A DNA stretch of 35,825 bases from an uncultured bacterium (GTDB lineage Bacteria > CAYJRR01): positions 1 through 35,825 of the forward strand of contig CAYJRR010000037.1 of NCBI GenBank assembly GCA_964372275.1, written 5' to 3'. The notes beneath the pieces were generated by a model that worked only from the letters and a program-made list of their open reading frames with translations, ran no database searches and was not told the DNA's origin. This document shows positions 1-8,814 of the stretch, piece by piece. Each line of letters opens with the position of its first letter. Within the stretch, counting starts at the first letter, position 1. The position numbers and the translations under genes are program-made.

Positions 1-2
1 CG

Positions 3-1820
3 GTCGCGAAGGGGCCGGCGCGCAAGCCGGCGGCGCTCGACGAGCTGTTCCACCACATGCTCGACCTGCGCGCCTCCGATCTGCACCTGAAGTCGGGGGA
101 GGTGCCGATGGTCCGCGTCGACGGAGAGATGCTGCTGCTCGACGGCTGGCTCCCTCTCTCCCACGCCGACCTCGAAGGGCTCATCCGCGCCGCGGCGCCG
201 GCGCGCAACTGGTCGCAGTTCGAGGCGCGGCACGACACCGACTTCGCGTACGAGGTCGAGGGACGGGCGCGGATGCGTTGCAACGTCTTCCAGGACCTCG
301 CCGGGATCGGCGGCGTCTTCCGCCAGATCCCGAACCGGATCATCTCGACCAAACAGATCGGGCTGCCCGATTCGGTCGTCGAGCTGGTGGAGAACAGCAA
401 GGGGCTGGTGCTCGTCACCGGACCGACCGGTTCCGGCAAGTCGACGACGCTCGCGGCGCTGATCGACCAGATCAACGGGTCGCGCAGCGAGCACATCATC
501 ACCATCGAGGACCCGATCGAGTTCGTCCACCCTCGGAAGCGCTGCCTGCTCAACCAGCGCGAGGTCGGACCGATGACCGAGTCGTTCGCGACGGCGCTCC
601 GCGCGGCCTTGCGCGAGGATCCGGACGTGGTGCTGATCGGCGAGCTGCGCGACCGCGAGACGCTGGCCATCGCCTTGGAGACCGCCGAGACCGGCCACCT
701 GGTTTTCGGCACGCTGCACACCAACACCGCGGCGGCGACGGTCGACCGCGTCATCGACCAGTTCCCGGCCGACGAGCAGGCGCAGATCCGCATCCTGCTC
801 GCCGACACGCTGCTCGGCGTCGTCTCCCAGACGCTCTGCCGCCGAAAGGGGGGCGGTCGCGTCGCCGCCTACGAGGTGCTGCTGGTGAACCACGCGGTGT
901 CGAACCTGATCCGCGAAGGGAAGACGTTCCAGATCCCGTCGGTGATGCAGACCTCCCGCGGCGCCGGGATGCAGCTCCAGCACGACGCTCTCCTCGACCT
1001 GGTGAAGCAGGGGGTGATCGATCCCAAGGAGGCGTTGGCCGTGGCCCACGACCGCAAGGCGATGGCCGCGGCGCTGGGGGCGCTCGACGATGCCCCGGAG
1101 TCGGACGGGTCGAAGAAGCTCGTCCTGGCGCTGGTCAGCCGGCGCGGCACCTACCCGGCCTTGCAGAAGCTCAAGCGCCGCAACGACGTCGCGCTCGAGG
1201 TCGCCGTCGAGGCGTCGAAGATCGCCGGCTGGAAGAAGCGGCCCGCCGTCGCCATCCTCCAGCTCGAGGAGTCGATGAGCAAGAACGACGTCGAGCTGTT
1301 CTGCCGCCAGGCCAAGCACGCCGGCGCCCCGAGCCTGATCCTGGTGCCGGACGGCCGGACCGACATGCGCGACGGATCGTTCCTCGCCGGCGCGTCGGAG
1401 GTCTGCTTCATGAAGTCCGAGGAGCGCGAGTTCGACGAGGCGCTGCAGTACCTCGCCGGCATCACGCCACGGCGGTCGGCGAGACGGGCCGTGCCGGTGT
1501 CGGCGCGCGTGGCCCTCCCCGCCGGATGGAAGAACGCCACGCTCGTCGACCTCTCGTTGGGGGGCGCCCAGCTCAAGTGGGAGGCGGCCGAGGAGCCCGA
1601 GGTCGGATCGGTGCTGCGCCTGGAGATCCGCGAGGACGCCCGCTCGCGCGCCGCGAAGGGGCTCGAGCCGGTGACGCTGCACGCCTCGATCCTGCGCGTC
1701 CTCCCGGTCGACGGAACGCTGACGGTGCGTGTCCGCTTCGTCGGCATGACCGATCAGGAGCGCGAGAAGACCGCGGCGTTCCTCGCCAGCCGGCCGGCCG
1801 GGATGGCCGCCATGGCCTAG
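3..1820 (+). CDS. pilT: PilT/PilU-family type IV pilus retraction ATPase with C-terminal receiver-like and PilZ domains (5'-partial)
   Basis: ASDLHL, Walker A GPTGSGKST, TIEDPIE, Walker B VLIGELRD, His box TLHT, AVSNLIRE (AIRNLIRE-like). C-terminal RRSARR and DLSLGG are PilZ motifs. The frame is open from nt 3 (VAKGPARKPAALDELFHHM), so the true start is probably upstream of the window. Confidence 0.9.
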   Translation, partial: VAKGPARKPAALDELFHHMLDLRASDLHLKSGEVPMVRVDGEMLLLDGWLPLSHADLEGLIRAAAPARNWSQFEARHDTDFAYEVEGRARMRCNVFQDLAGIGGVFRQIPNRIISTKQIGLPDSVVELVENSKGLVLVTGPTGSGKSTTLAALIDQINGSRSEHIITIEDPIEFVHPRKRCLLNQREVGPMTESFATALRAALREDPDVVLIGELRDRETLAIALETAETGHLVFGTLHTNTAAATVDRVIDQFPADEQAQIRILLADTLLGVVSQTLCRRKGGGRVAAYEVLLVNHAVSNLIREGKTFQIPSVMQTSRGAGMQLQHDALLDLVKQGVIDPKEALAVAHDRKAMAAALGALDDAPESDGSKKLVLALVSRRGTYPALQKLKRRNDVALEVAVEASKIAGWKKRPAVAILQLEESMSKNDVELFCRQAKHAGAPSLILVPDGRTDMRDGSFLAGASEVCFMKSEEREFDEALQYLAGITPRRSARRAVPVSARVALPAGWKNATLVDLSLGGAQLKWEAAEEPEVGSVLRLEIREDARSRAAKGLEPVTLHASILRVLPVDGTLTVRVRFVGMTDQEREKTAAFLASRPAGMAAMA

Positions 1821-1833
1821 CCCGCCGCGCCGA

Positions 1834-2343
1834 TCAACCCGCCGGCACGTCGTAGCGATAGGCGAGATTGCAGCGCTTCGTCCGCAGGAGCTCCGGCGCC
1901 GAGGTGAATCCGTAACGCTCGTACAGCCGGATGGCGTCACCCAGCACCGACGCCGTTTCCAGGGTGAGCGTCCGGATGCCTCGCTCGCGCGCGAACCCGA
2001 CGGCGGTGTCGAGCAGCTTCCGACCGAACCCGCGTCCCCGCAGTTCGGGGAGGAAGTACATCTTTCGGACCTCGCCCGTGTCCGGCGCGACCCGGTGCAG
2101 GCCACCCATGCCGATCACCCGGCCGGAGCCCGGCGCCTCGACCACCCAGAAGGCCCCGCCGCCGGCGAGGTAGCTCGCGTCGACGTCGAGGAGGTCGCGG
2201 TCGGTGCCCTCGAAGTCGACGTTCAGACCGAACGCGGGCAGCACGACTTCGAGGATCCGTCGACACGGACCGGCATCGCCCGCGGCATACGGTCGGATCC
2301 GAGGCTCGGGGATACGGTCCGGGGCGGCCGTAGACGCGTCCAT
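1834..2343 (-). CDS. GNAT family N-acetyltransferase
   Basis: GEVRKMYFLPELRGRGFGRKLL acetyl-CoA motif A and AIRLYERYGF motif B. Confidence 0.9.
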   Translation of the reverse strand: MDASTAAPDRIPEPRIRPYAAGDAGPCRRILEVVLPAFGLNVDFEGTDRDLLDVDASYLAGGGAFWVVEAPGSGRVIGMGGLHRVAPDTGEVRKMYFLPELRGRGFGRKLLDTAVGFARERGIRTLTLETASVLGDAIRLYERYGFTSAPELLRTKRCNLAYRYDVPAG

Positions 2344-2533
2344 GCGTCACGACTCTACCGCAGCGGTCTCCGTTGCCGAGCCCCGCCGGGCCGGGACACC
2401 TTCTCCCCTTTGCGTGCGCCCTTTTCTCCATGGGCGCCCGGACCGGCGGCGTACGGCGGCAGGGATTTCGCGGCGTTCGGCGCGCGGAGCGACGGACGAC
2501 CGAGGCACGGAAGGTGCAGCCGAGGGCGGTCCG

Positions 2534-3358
2534 ATGCGCCTCCCCTCGGCATCCTCGACGACCCGGATCGCGGCGTTTGCGACGTCGCTGGTGGTCGCCT
2601 CGGGTGCGGCCCTGCGCGCGCAGACGTGCGATCCGACCGAGGCGTCGCCGGTCGCGTCGGTCGGCGAGACGGTCGGCTCGCTCGACGAGGCTTGCGCGCC
2701 GACCTCCGACACCGACCTCGCCTTCGACGCGGAGCTCGCGGCGACCGACCTCGCGCAGGCGCCGGAGTCGTTCGACATGACCGCGGTCCCGCCGTTTCAA
2801 CGTGCGGTGGTCGGATACCTGCTGGAGCGCCGGACGGACGGTCGCCCGATCGTCCGCGCGGAGCTCCTGGCGGCCGGACCGCGCGGGCGGGCCGTCCTCG
2901 CCGCGCTGCTCCGCGGACGCGGCACCGAATCCGGAATCGAATTCCCCCTCGTCCGCCGGGCGCTGCACCGCTTCGCCCGCTGCCGGCGCGGCGTGCCCGC
3001 GACGCTCGAATCGTTCCGGCGATCGGTCGTCGACTACACCGTCCATCCGTCGACCATCGTCGAATCGCGGCCGAAACGCGGTCCGCGACGGATCTACCGG
3101 ATTCCGGGCTCGACGGTCTCGGTCGCCGAGACGCTCGTCGACGGGGAGGTGCGCGAGACCGAGATCCTGGTCGCCGGATCGCGGCGGGACGGATCGCTCG
3201 GGTTCCTGGTCTACGACGCGAACGGGAGGCTCGTCGACACCAGCCTCTTCCCGTCGCCGGCCGGCGCGCACGAGATCCCGGTTCCCTACGCCTGCCTCTC
3301 CTGCCACTTCGACGCCACGACGATGCGCTTCGACGTCGTCGACCCCTCCCGCCGGTAG
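2534..3358 (+). CDS. Secreted hypothetical protein with a single C-terminal CxxCH heme-c motif
   Basis: ATG at 2534 (in frame with ORF 2204..3358) after GAGGG; signal-peptide-like RIAAFATSLVVASGAALRA|Q; YACLSCHF near the C-terminus. Confidence 0.65.
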   Translation: MRLPSASSTTRIAAFATSLVVASGAALRAQTCDPTEASPVASVGETVGSLDEACAPTSDTDLAFDAELAATDLAQAPESFDMTAVPPFQRAVVGYLLERRTDGRPIVRAELLAAGPRGRAVLAALLRGRGTESGIEFPLVRRALHRFARCRRGVPATLESFRRSVVDYTVHPSTIVESRPKRGPRRIYRIPGSTVSVAETLVDGEVRETEILVAGSRRDGSLGFLVYDANGRLVDTSLFPSPAGAHEIPVPYACLSCHFDATTMRFDVVDPSRR

Positions 3359-3371
3359 TCGGCGGCGGTCG

Positions 3372-3788
3372 TCAGGGCCGGTCGTAGGCGTCGAGGTAGC
3401 CGACGAGAGCGCGGGAGACGACGGTCAGGAGGCCGACCCGCTCCTTGCGCGACAGGTCGCGAAGGTCGAGCGCGAGCTGCACCGCGAAGCGCAGTCGATC
3501 GCCGATCCCGCCGTGCGGCGACACGCCGCGCGACACCGCGTATCGCTCCAGCGGATCTCCCGGAATCGGGCGCGGCGCCGGCGCGCGTGCCGGTTCACGG
3601 CGGCCCGTCCGCGTTCGACGCCCCGCCGCCGGCCTCGCCCCTCTCGAGGGCCGCCGCCCCTCGGGTCGCGCCGCCGACGCCGCGGTCGCGGCCGTTTTCG
3701 GACGGACCGTCGCGGCCGGCACGCGCCCGGGGGCGGACTCGCCGATCAGTCGGTCCAGCGTTCCCGTCGGCAGCGCGTTGCGGGCCAT
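3372..3788 (-). CDS. Hypothetical 138-aa protein directly downstream of parA
   Basis: Starts 3 nt after the parA stop with a GGAGG RBS; N-terminus MARNALPTGTLDRLIG, low-complexity linker, helical C-terminus. Confidence 0.65.
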   Translation of the reverse strand: MARNALPTGTLDRLIGESAPGRVPAATVRPKTAATAASAARPEGRRPSRGARPAAGRRTRTGRREPARAPAPRPIPGDPLERYAVSRGVSPHGGIGDRLRFAVQLALDLRDLSRKERVGLLTVVSRALVGYLDAYDRP

Positions 3789-3791
3789 CGC

Positions 3792-4607
3792 CTACCTCCC
3801 CCTCTCGAGGATCTCGGCGACGAGGGCGCGGTAGTCCTCCGACCCGGTCGCCTCGGGGGCGTAGTCGAAGATCGTCTTGCCGTGCGCCGGCGCCTCGGCC
3901 AGCGCCACGTTCGGCCGGATCACCGTCTCGAGCACCAGCTTCTTGTAGTGCCCCTTCACCTGCTCCAGCACGCCGCGGTCGAGGTTGCGGCGCAGGTCGC
4001 AGCGCGTCGGCAGGATCGCCGTCACCTCGAGGCGCTTGTTGAGGCGCCGCTTCACCGTCTCGACCGTCTTGAACAGACGCGTCATCCCGTGGAGCGCGTA
4101 GTACTCGGTCTGCAAGGGCACCAGCACCTCGCGCGCGGCCACCAGCGCGTTCAGGGTGAGCAGACCGAACGACGGGGGCGCGTCGATCACCACGTAGGCG
4201 TAGCGGTCGGCGACGCCGGCCAGCGCCTCGGAGAGGATCCGCTCGCGCCCGACCGCGCCGGCGAGCTCCAGCTCCGCCCCGGACAGGTCGAGGTCGGCGG
4301 GAACGACGTCGAGCCGACCCTTCTTGGCGGCGCCTCGCGCCGACGAACCACCGTCGGCGGCCCGGCCCCACGCATCCACCAGGACGCCCGCGACGTCGGC
4401 CTCGCCCAGGAGGACCTGGTAGACCGTTCGATCGCGCACGCGATCGGGGGCGATTCCGAGATGGGCCGTCGCGTGTCCTTGCGGGTCGAGGTCGACCAGC
4501 AGCACCTCGTGCCCTTCACCCACGAGCCCGGCGGCGAGATTGACCGCGGTCGTCGTCTTGCCGACCCCGCCCTTCTGGTTCACCACTGCGATCGACCGTG
4601 GTCGCAT
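3792..4607 (-). CDS. parA: ParA/Soj family ATPase
   Basis: Deviant Walker A NQKGGVGKTTT, VDLDPQG, IDAPPS, PLQTEYYAL, ALAEAPAHGK; ATG at 4607 with an AAGGGGGA RBS. Confidence 0.93.
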   Translation of the reverse strand: MRPRSIAVVNQKGGVGKTTTAVNLAAGLVGEGHEVLLVDLDPQGHATAHLGIAPDRVRDRTVYQVLLGEADVAGVLVDAWGRAADGGSSARGAAKKGRLDVVPADLDLSGAELELAGAVGRERILSEALAGVADRYAYVVIDAPPSFGLLTLNALVAAREVLVPLQTEYYALHGMTRLFKTVETVKRRLNKRLEVTAILPTRCDLRRNLDRGVLEQVKGHYKKLVLETVIRPNVALAEAPAHGKTIFDYAPEATGSEDYRALVAEILERGR

Positions 4608-4630
4608 CGGAATCCCCCTTGCGGGACGGG

Positions 4631-4659
4631 AGGCTACGGGCCGCACCGCCCGCTGTCAA
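4631..4659 (-). promoter_or_regulatory. Sigma70-type promoter for parA
   Basis: Minus strand TTGACA (4659-4654), 17-nt spacer, TAGCCT (4636-4631). Confidence 0.65.
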
Positions 4660-4719
4660 TCGCCGGTCGCGCCCAACCTGCCGCTTTCATTTCGGTTTCA
4701 TGCCAGTTCGGCCGTTCCC

Positions 4720-4748
4720 TTGCGCCCCCTGGCGGACCCCCGTACCAT
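4720..4748 (+). promoter_or_regulatory. Sigma70-type promoter for the cyclase gene
   Basis: TTGCGC (4720-4725), 17-nt spacer, TACCAT (4743-4748). Confidence 0.5.
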
Positions 4749-4767
4749 CGTCGGAACGGGAGGGTCG

Positions 4768-6456
4768 TTGAAGGCGGCCGATCGAAACAGGCGCCAACCC
4801 CGGCGAAAGCGCAAGCCCTCCTCGCGGGCCCCGTCGCTCCGTGCCGTCGATCCGAGGGGCGGGACCGACGAAGTGGCGATCCTCCGCGAGCTCTCCTCCT
4901 TCGTCGACGACCTGCTCGAAGAGTGCTCGCGGCAGCGCCTTTCGATCCAAGGGACCCTCGGCCGCTTCCTGCCGGCCGTCGCAGAGCGACTCGGAGCGAT
5001 CGGCGCGTTGGTCCGCACCCGCAACGAACAACTGATCGACGAGATCGTCGAGCACGGTCTCTGGCGGAGCGAGGACAAGGAGATCCTGAACCGTTCCGCC
5101 CTGGAGATGATCGCCCGCAGCCCCGACGGACGGCGAACGATCGTCGCCCAGAACTTGATCGTCGCCGGACGGCACGTGGGGATCGCGGCCTTCTCCTTCC
5201 TGGGAAACCGGCTCGGCGAGGCGAAGAAGCTCGCGGGACGGATCGACGTCGCCTGCGAGGAGCTGGACGGCGTCCTCTCCGCGCACCAGACGGCGGCGGT
5301 GAAGCAGCAGGTGATCCTCCGGATCCAGCAGGCGCTCCGCTCGCCGGTCTTTGAGCGCGGCGTCGACGACGCCGTCGCCGAGCTGTCGCAGGCGCTGTCG
5401 CTGCGCGACCTGGTGCTCGTCTACCGCGACGAGACCGGAGGGGCCGCGGCGGCGCGCGCGCCCCGCTACCGGATCTATTCGGAGTCGATCTGCCTCCACA
5501 GCTCCGACACCCGCCCGCACGGACGGCTGGCCGAGCTGCTCGAGACCGGACGGCCGATCGACGACGCCGACGGGATCCGGAAGGTTCTGGGTATCTCCGT
5601 TCCGGTCGAGACGGTCCTGATGGGCGGGGTGTTCGCCGACCGGCCGCTCGGGGCGGTGCTCGCCACCGCGGCCGAGGGCCTGACCTCCTTCGGCGTCGAC
5701 CTGTTGACCGTCTTCGCGCAGACCGTGAGCCAGCGCCTGGTCGACTACAACCGCGAGCGCCGCCACCTGTCCCAGTTCTTCGCGCCGGACGTGGTGAACG
5801 AGCTGCTGCGCGATCCGGCCTACGCCGAACGCTACCTCGCGCCGCGCACCGAGGAGGTTGCGCTGCTCTACGCCGACATCAACGGCTTCACCAAGATCTC
5901 GGAGCGGGTGCTGCTCGAGCCGGCGCGAATCGGCGCCTTCGTCGACCGATGGTCGAAGGGGGCGGTCGAGATCCTGTGGAAGCACGGCGGCGTCTTCGAC
6001 AAGATGGTCGGCGACTGCGTCATCGGGATCTTCGGGCCGCCCTTCTTCCGCGCCGACCGCGGACAGCGGATCGGCTCGGCGGTGAAGGCCGCCCGCGACA
6101 TCCTGAACTTCACCGTCGCGCTGCAGGACGAGCCGGAGATGAAGGAGATCGTCTCCAGCGGCGCGGTGCCGGGGCTGGGGGTGGCGGTGGCGCTCAACCT
6201 TTGCCCCGCCAGCGTCGGCCTGTTCGGCCCGAACCAGGACTTCACCGCCTTCTCCTCCGGGATGAACGCCACGGCGCGCCTGCAGTCGCTCGCCGGATTC
6301 CGCGAGGTGCTGCTGATGGACGTGGCGCGCTACGCCCTCCCGCCGGCCGATCCGGACCTGCGCGACGTGACGTTCGAGGGTCCGGTCGAAACGCCGGTCA
6401 AGAACGTCGCCAAGCCGCTCCGTTTCCACCGCATCCGCTTCGCCAAGGCGAAGTAG
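4768..6456 (+). CDS. Class III adenylate/guanylate cyclase (probably adenylyl) with an N-terminal GAF-like region
   Basis: LLYADINGFT, FDKMVGDCVIGIFG (substrate Lys and metal Asp), FTAFSSGMNATARLQ (Asn/Arg). Start uncertain: TTG 4768 after GGAGG, or GTG 4873. Confidence 0.85.
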   Translation: MKAADRNRRQPRRKRKPSSRAPSLRAVDPRGGTDEVAILRELSSFVDDLLEECSRQRLSIQGTLGRFLPAVAERLGAIGALVRTRNEQLIDEIVEHGLWRSEDKEILNRSALEMIARSPDGRRTIVAQNLIVAGRHVGIAAFSFLGNRLGEAKKLAGRIDVACEELDGVLSAHQTAAVKQQVILRIQQALRSPVFERGVDDAVAELSQALSLRDLVLVYRDETGGAAAARAPRYRIYSESICLHSSDTRPHGRLAELLETGRPIDDADGIRKVLGISVPVETVLMGGVFADRPLGAVLATAAEGLTSFGVDLLTVFAQTVSQRLVDYNRERRHLSQFFAPDVVNELLRDPAYAERYLAPRTEEVALLYADINGFTKISERVLLEPARIGAFVDRWSKGAVEILWKHGGVFDKMVGDCVIGIFGPPFFRADRGQRIGSAVKAARDILNFTVALQDEPEMKEIVSSGAVPGLGVAVALNLCPASVGLFGPNQDFTAFSSGMNATARLQSLAGFREVLLMDVARYALPPADPDLRDVTFEGPVETPVKNVAKPLRFHRIRFAKAK

Positions 6457-6485
6457 TCCCGTCCGCTGTGCTAGCGTCTTTGGCG

Positions 6486-7805
6486 ATGAACCCATTCGCC
6501 GCGCGCCGCCGGCGCTTCCTGGAGGCCATGGAGCCGGGCTCGGTCGCCGTCTTTCCGACGGCGCACGAGATCCGCCGCAGCAACGACACCGAGTTCCCGT
6601 TCCGGCCGGACAGCGACTTCTTCTACCTGACCGGATTCGACGAGCCCGACGCGGTGGCCGTCCTGCAGAAGGGGCGCGGCGTGCCGTTCACCCTCTTCGT
6701 GCGACCGCGCGACAAGGAGCGCGAGACCTGGACCGGACGCCGCGCCGGGCCGGAAGGGGCGATCGAGCGCTACGGCGCCGACGAGGCGTTCTCGATCGGA
6801 CAGCTCGACGGAAAGATGTCGCAGATCCTGGAGAACGCGACGACGGTCTACTTCCACCTCGGCCGCTACTCCGACGCCGACGGCCGATTTGTCGGCTGGC
6901 TCAACGGAGTGCGCGCCAAGCCGCGTCAGGCGTTGCCCCCGCGCCGCATTCTCGATCCGATGGCGACCCTCGGCGAAATGCGGTTGTTCAAGACCGAGGA
7001 GGACCTGCCCCTCCTGCGGCGCGCGGTGGCGGTGAGCGCCGAGGCGCACCGCGAGGCGATGGCGGTCGCCCGGCCCGGGATGCGGGAGTACGAGATCCAG
7101 GCGGTGGTGGAGTACGTCTTCCGCCGGCGCGGGGCGCAGGCGCCCGGCTACAACACGATCGTCGGCGCCGGCGCCAACGCCACGGTGCTCCACTACGTCA
7201 CCAACCGGGACCCGCTGCCGGACGGGGCGCTACTCCTCCTCGACGCCGGGGCGGAGGTCGACGGCTACACCGGCGACATCACCCGCACCTATCCGGTGAA
7301 CGGCCGCTTCACGGCGGCGCAGCGGGCGCTCTACGAGGCGGTGCTCGAGGCTCAAGCGCGGGCGATCGCCGCGACCAAGCCGGGGGCGACGATCCTCGGG
7401 ATCCACGAGATCGCCACGCGCGCGTTGGTCGAGGGGATGGTCGCCAACCGCCTGCTCGAGGGCACGGTCGACGGGAACCTGGAGAGCGAGGCCTACAAGC
7501 GCTTCTACATGCACCGCACCAGCCACTGGCTGGGGATGGACGTGCACGACGTCGGCGACTACCTCGCCGGTGGCGAGAGCCGCCGTCTCGAGCCGGGGAT
7601 GGTGATCACGATCGAGCCAGGGCTCTACGTCCCCCCGGACGAGAAGCTTCCGTCCGCGGCCGACCCGGCCTTCTCCGGGATGGGGATCCGGATCGAGGAC
7701 GACGTGCTGGTGACGCCGACCGGCCACGAGATCCTCTCCCGCGACTGCCCCAAAGAGGTGGCCGACGTGGAGCGCGAGATGGCGCGGAGCTCGATCTTCG
7801 CGTGA
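6486..7805 (+). CDS. pepP: Xaa-Pro aminopeptidase (M24B)
   Basis: FRPDSDFFYLTGF, LHY, DAGAE-GYTGDITRTYP, HWLGMDVHD, TIEPGLY, GIRIEDD. Confidence 0.95.
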   Translation: MNPFAARRRRFLEAMEPGSVAVFPTAHEIRRSNDTEFPFRPDSDFFYLTGFDEPDAVAVLQKGRGVPFTLFVRPRDKERETWTGRRAGPEGAIERYGADEAFSIGQLDGKMSQILENATTVYFHLGRYSDADGRFVGWLNGVRAKPRQALPPRRILDPMATLGEMRLFKTEEDLPLLRRAVAVSAEAHREAMAVARPGMREYEIQAVVEYVFRRRGAQAPGYNTIVGAGANATVLHYVTNRDPLPDGALLLLDAGAEVDGYTGDITRTYPVNGRFTAAQRALYEAVLEAQARAIAATKPGATILGIHEIATRALVEGMVANRLLEGTVDGNLESEAYKRFYMHRTSHWLGMDVHDVGDYLAGGESRRLEPGMVITIEPGLYVPPDEKLPSAADPAFSGMGIRIEDDVLVTPTGHEILSRDCPKEVADVEREMARSSIFA

Positions 7806-8635
7806 CGCTCGACGCGGAGCGGCGGCTTGCGGTGGCGTTGGCCGAGGAGGCGGGTCGCGCGGTGATGGCGGCGCGCGGCACCGCGGCGGTCACCCACAAG
7901 CCGGACGGCGATCCGGTCACCGCCGCCGACCTCGCCGCCAACCGGATCATCGAGGCCGGGATCCGTGCCCGCTTCCCCGGCGACGGCATTCTCTCCGAGG
8001 AGACCGCCGACGACTCGGCGCGCCTGGGCCGGTCGCGCGTCTGGATCGTCGATCCGATCGACGGGACGAAGGAGTACATCGACGGGACCGACGACTTCGC
8101 GGTGCAGATCGGCTTGTGCGTCGACGGCCGCCCGCGGTTGGGGGTCGTCCACCAGGTGGCGCGGAGTCGCCTCTTCGTGGCGGTCGAGGGGGAGGGGGCG
8201 GTCCTGGAAGATCCGGCGGCCCCCGACCGCGCCCCGCGCCGTCTGCGCGTCGGCGCCGAGGACGATCCGGGGCGGATGCGGATGACCGTCTCGCGCTGGC
8301 ACCGCACCAAGCGTCTGGAGGCGCTCACCCGCGAGCTCAAGCCGGCATCGCTTCTTCCCGCCGGAAGCATCGGCGTCAAGGTCGGGCTCGTCGCCGACGG
8401 AACGGCCGACCTCTATCTCCATCCCAGCCGCAAGACGGCCGAATGGGACACCTGCGCCCCTTCGGTGGTGATCCACGAAGCGGGCGGCCTCCTCACCGAC
8501 CTGTTCGGCGAGCCGCTCCTCTACAACCGTCCGAGCCCGATCCATCCCCGCGGCCTGATCGCCACCAACCCGCGGGCGCTCCCGGTGGTGGTGAAACGGA
8601 TCGCCGAGGTCGCCGCCGGATTCGGATTCACCTAG
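7802..8635 (+). CDS. cysQ: Inositol monophosphatase family, CysQ-like 3'(2'),5'-bisphosphate nucleotidase
   Basis: PVTAADL, ILSEE, WIVDPIDGTKEY, SRWH, EWDTCAP, EAGG; GTGA overlap with pepP. Confidence 0.85.
   Translation: MTLDAERRLAVALAEEAGRAVMAARGTAAVTHKPDGDPVTAADLAANRIIEAGIRARFPGDGILSEETADDSARLGRSRVWIVDPIDGTKEYIDGTDDFAVQIGLCVDGRPRLGVVHQVARSRLFVAVEGEGAVLEDPAAPDRAPRRLRVGAEDDPGRMRMTVSRWHRTKRLEALTRELKPASLLPAGSIGVKVGLVADGTADLYLHPSRKTAEWDTCAPSVVIHEAGGLLTDLFGEPLLYNRPSPIHPRGLIATNPRALPVVVKRIAEVAAGFGFT
8450..8635 (+). repeat. Direct repeat copy 1 (3' 186 bp of cysQ)
   Basis: Aligns without gaps to 9810-9995 with 13 mismatches by hand count (about 93% identity). Confidence 0.95.
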
Positions 8636-8651
8636 GAGCGCGTAGGGCGTT

Positions 8652-8670
8652 GGCCCCGCTTCGCGGGGCC
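8652..8670 (+). terminator. GC-rich hairpin downstream of cysQ
   Basis: GGCCCCGC-TTC-GCGGGGCC perfect 8-bp stem; no clear U-tract. Confidence 0.4.
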
Positions 8671-8814
8671 GGCCGACCCGTTCCGGCTCCCTTCCGACTC
8701 CGAGTATGAAGGGGCTGTCCCGTCCAGGGCAGGTCCAGCCTGGAGCAAGGGCGCACGACTTCCGCCTGAGAGCGACGTCCGATGGGCCCGAGAGGCGGGC
8801 CGAGGTCCTTTGGA

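Noticed and set aside
3372..4607. Chromosomal or plasmid parABS locus
   Set aside because: No ParB domain, no recognisable parS palindrome, and no rep or oriC-linked genes nearby.
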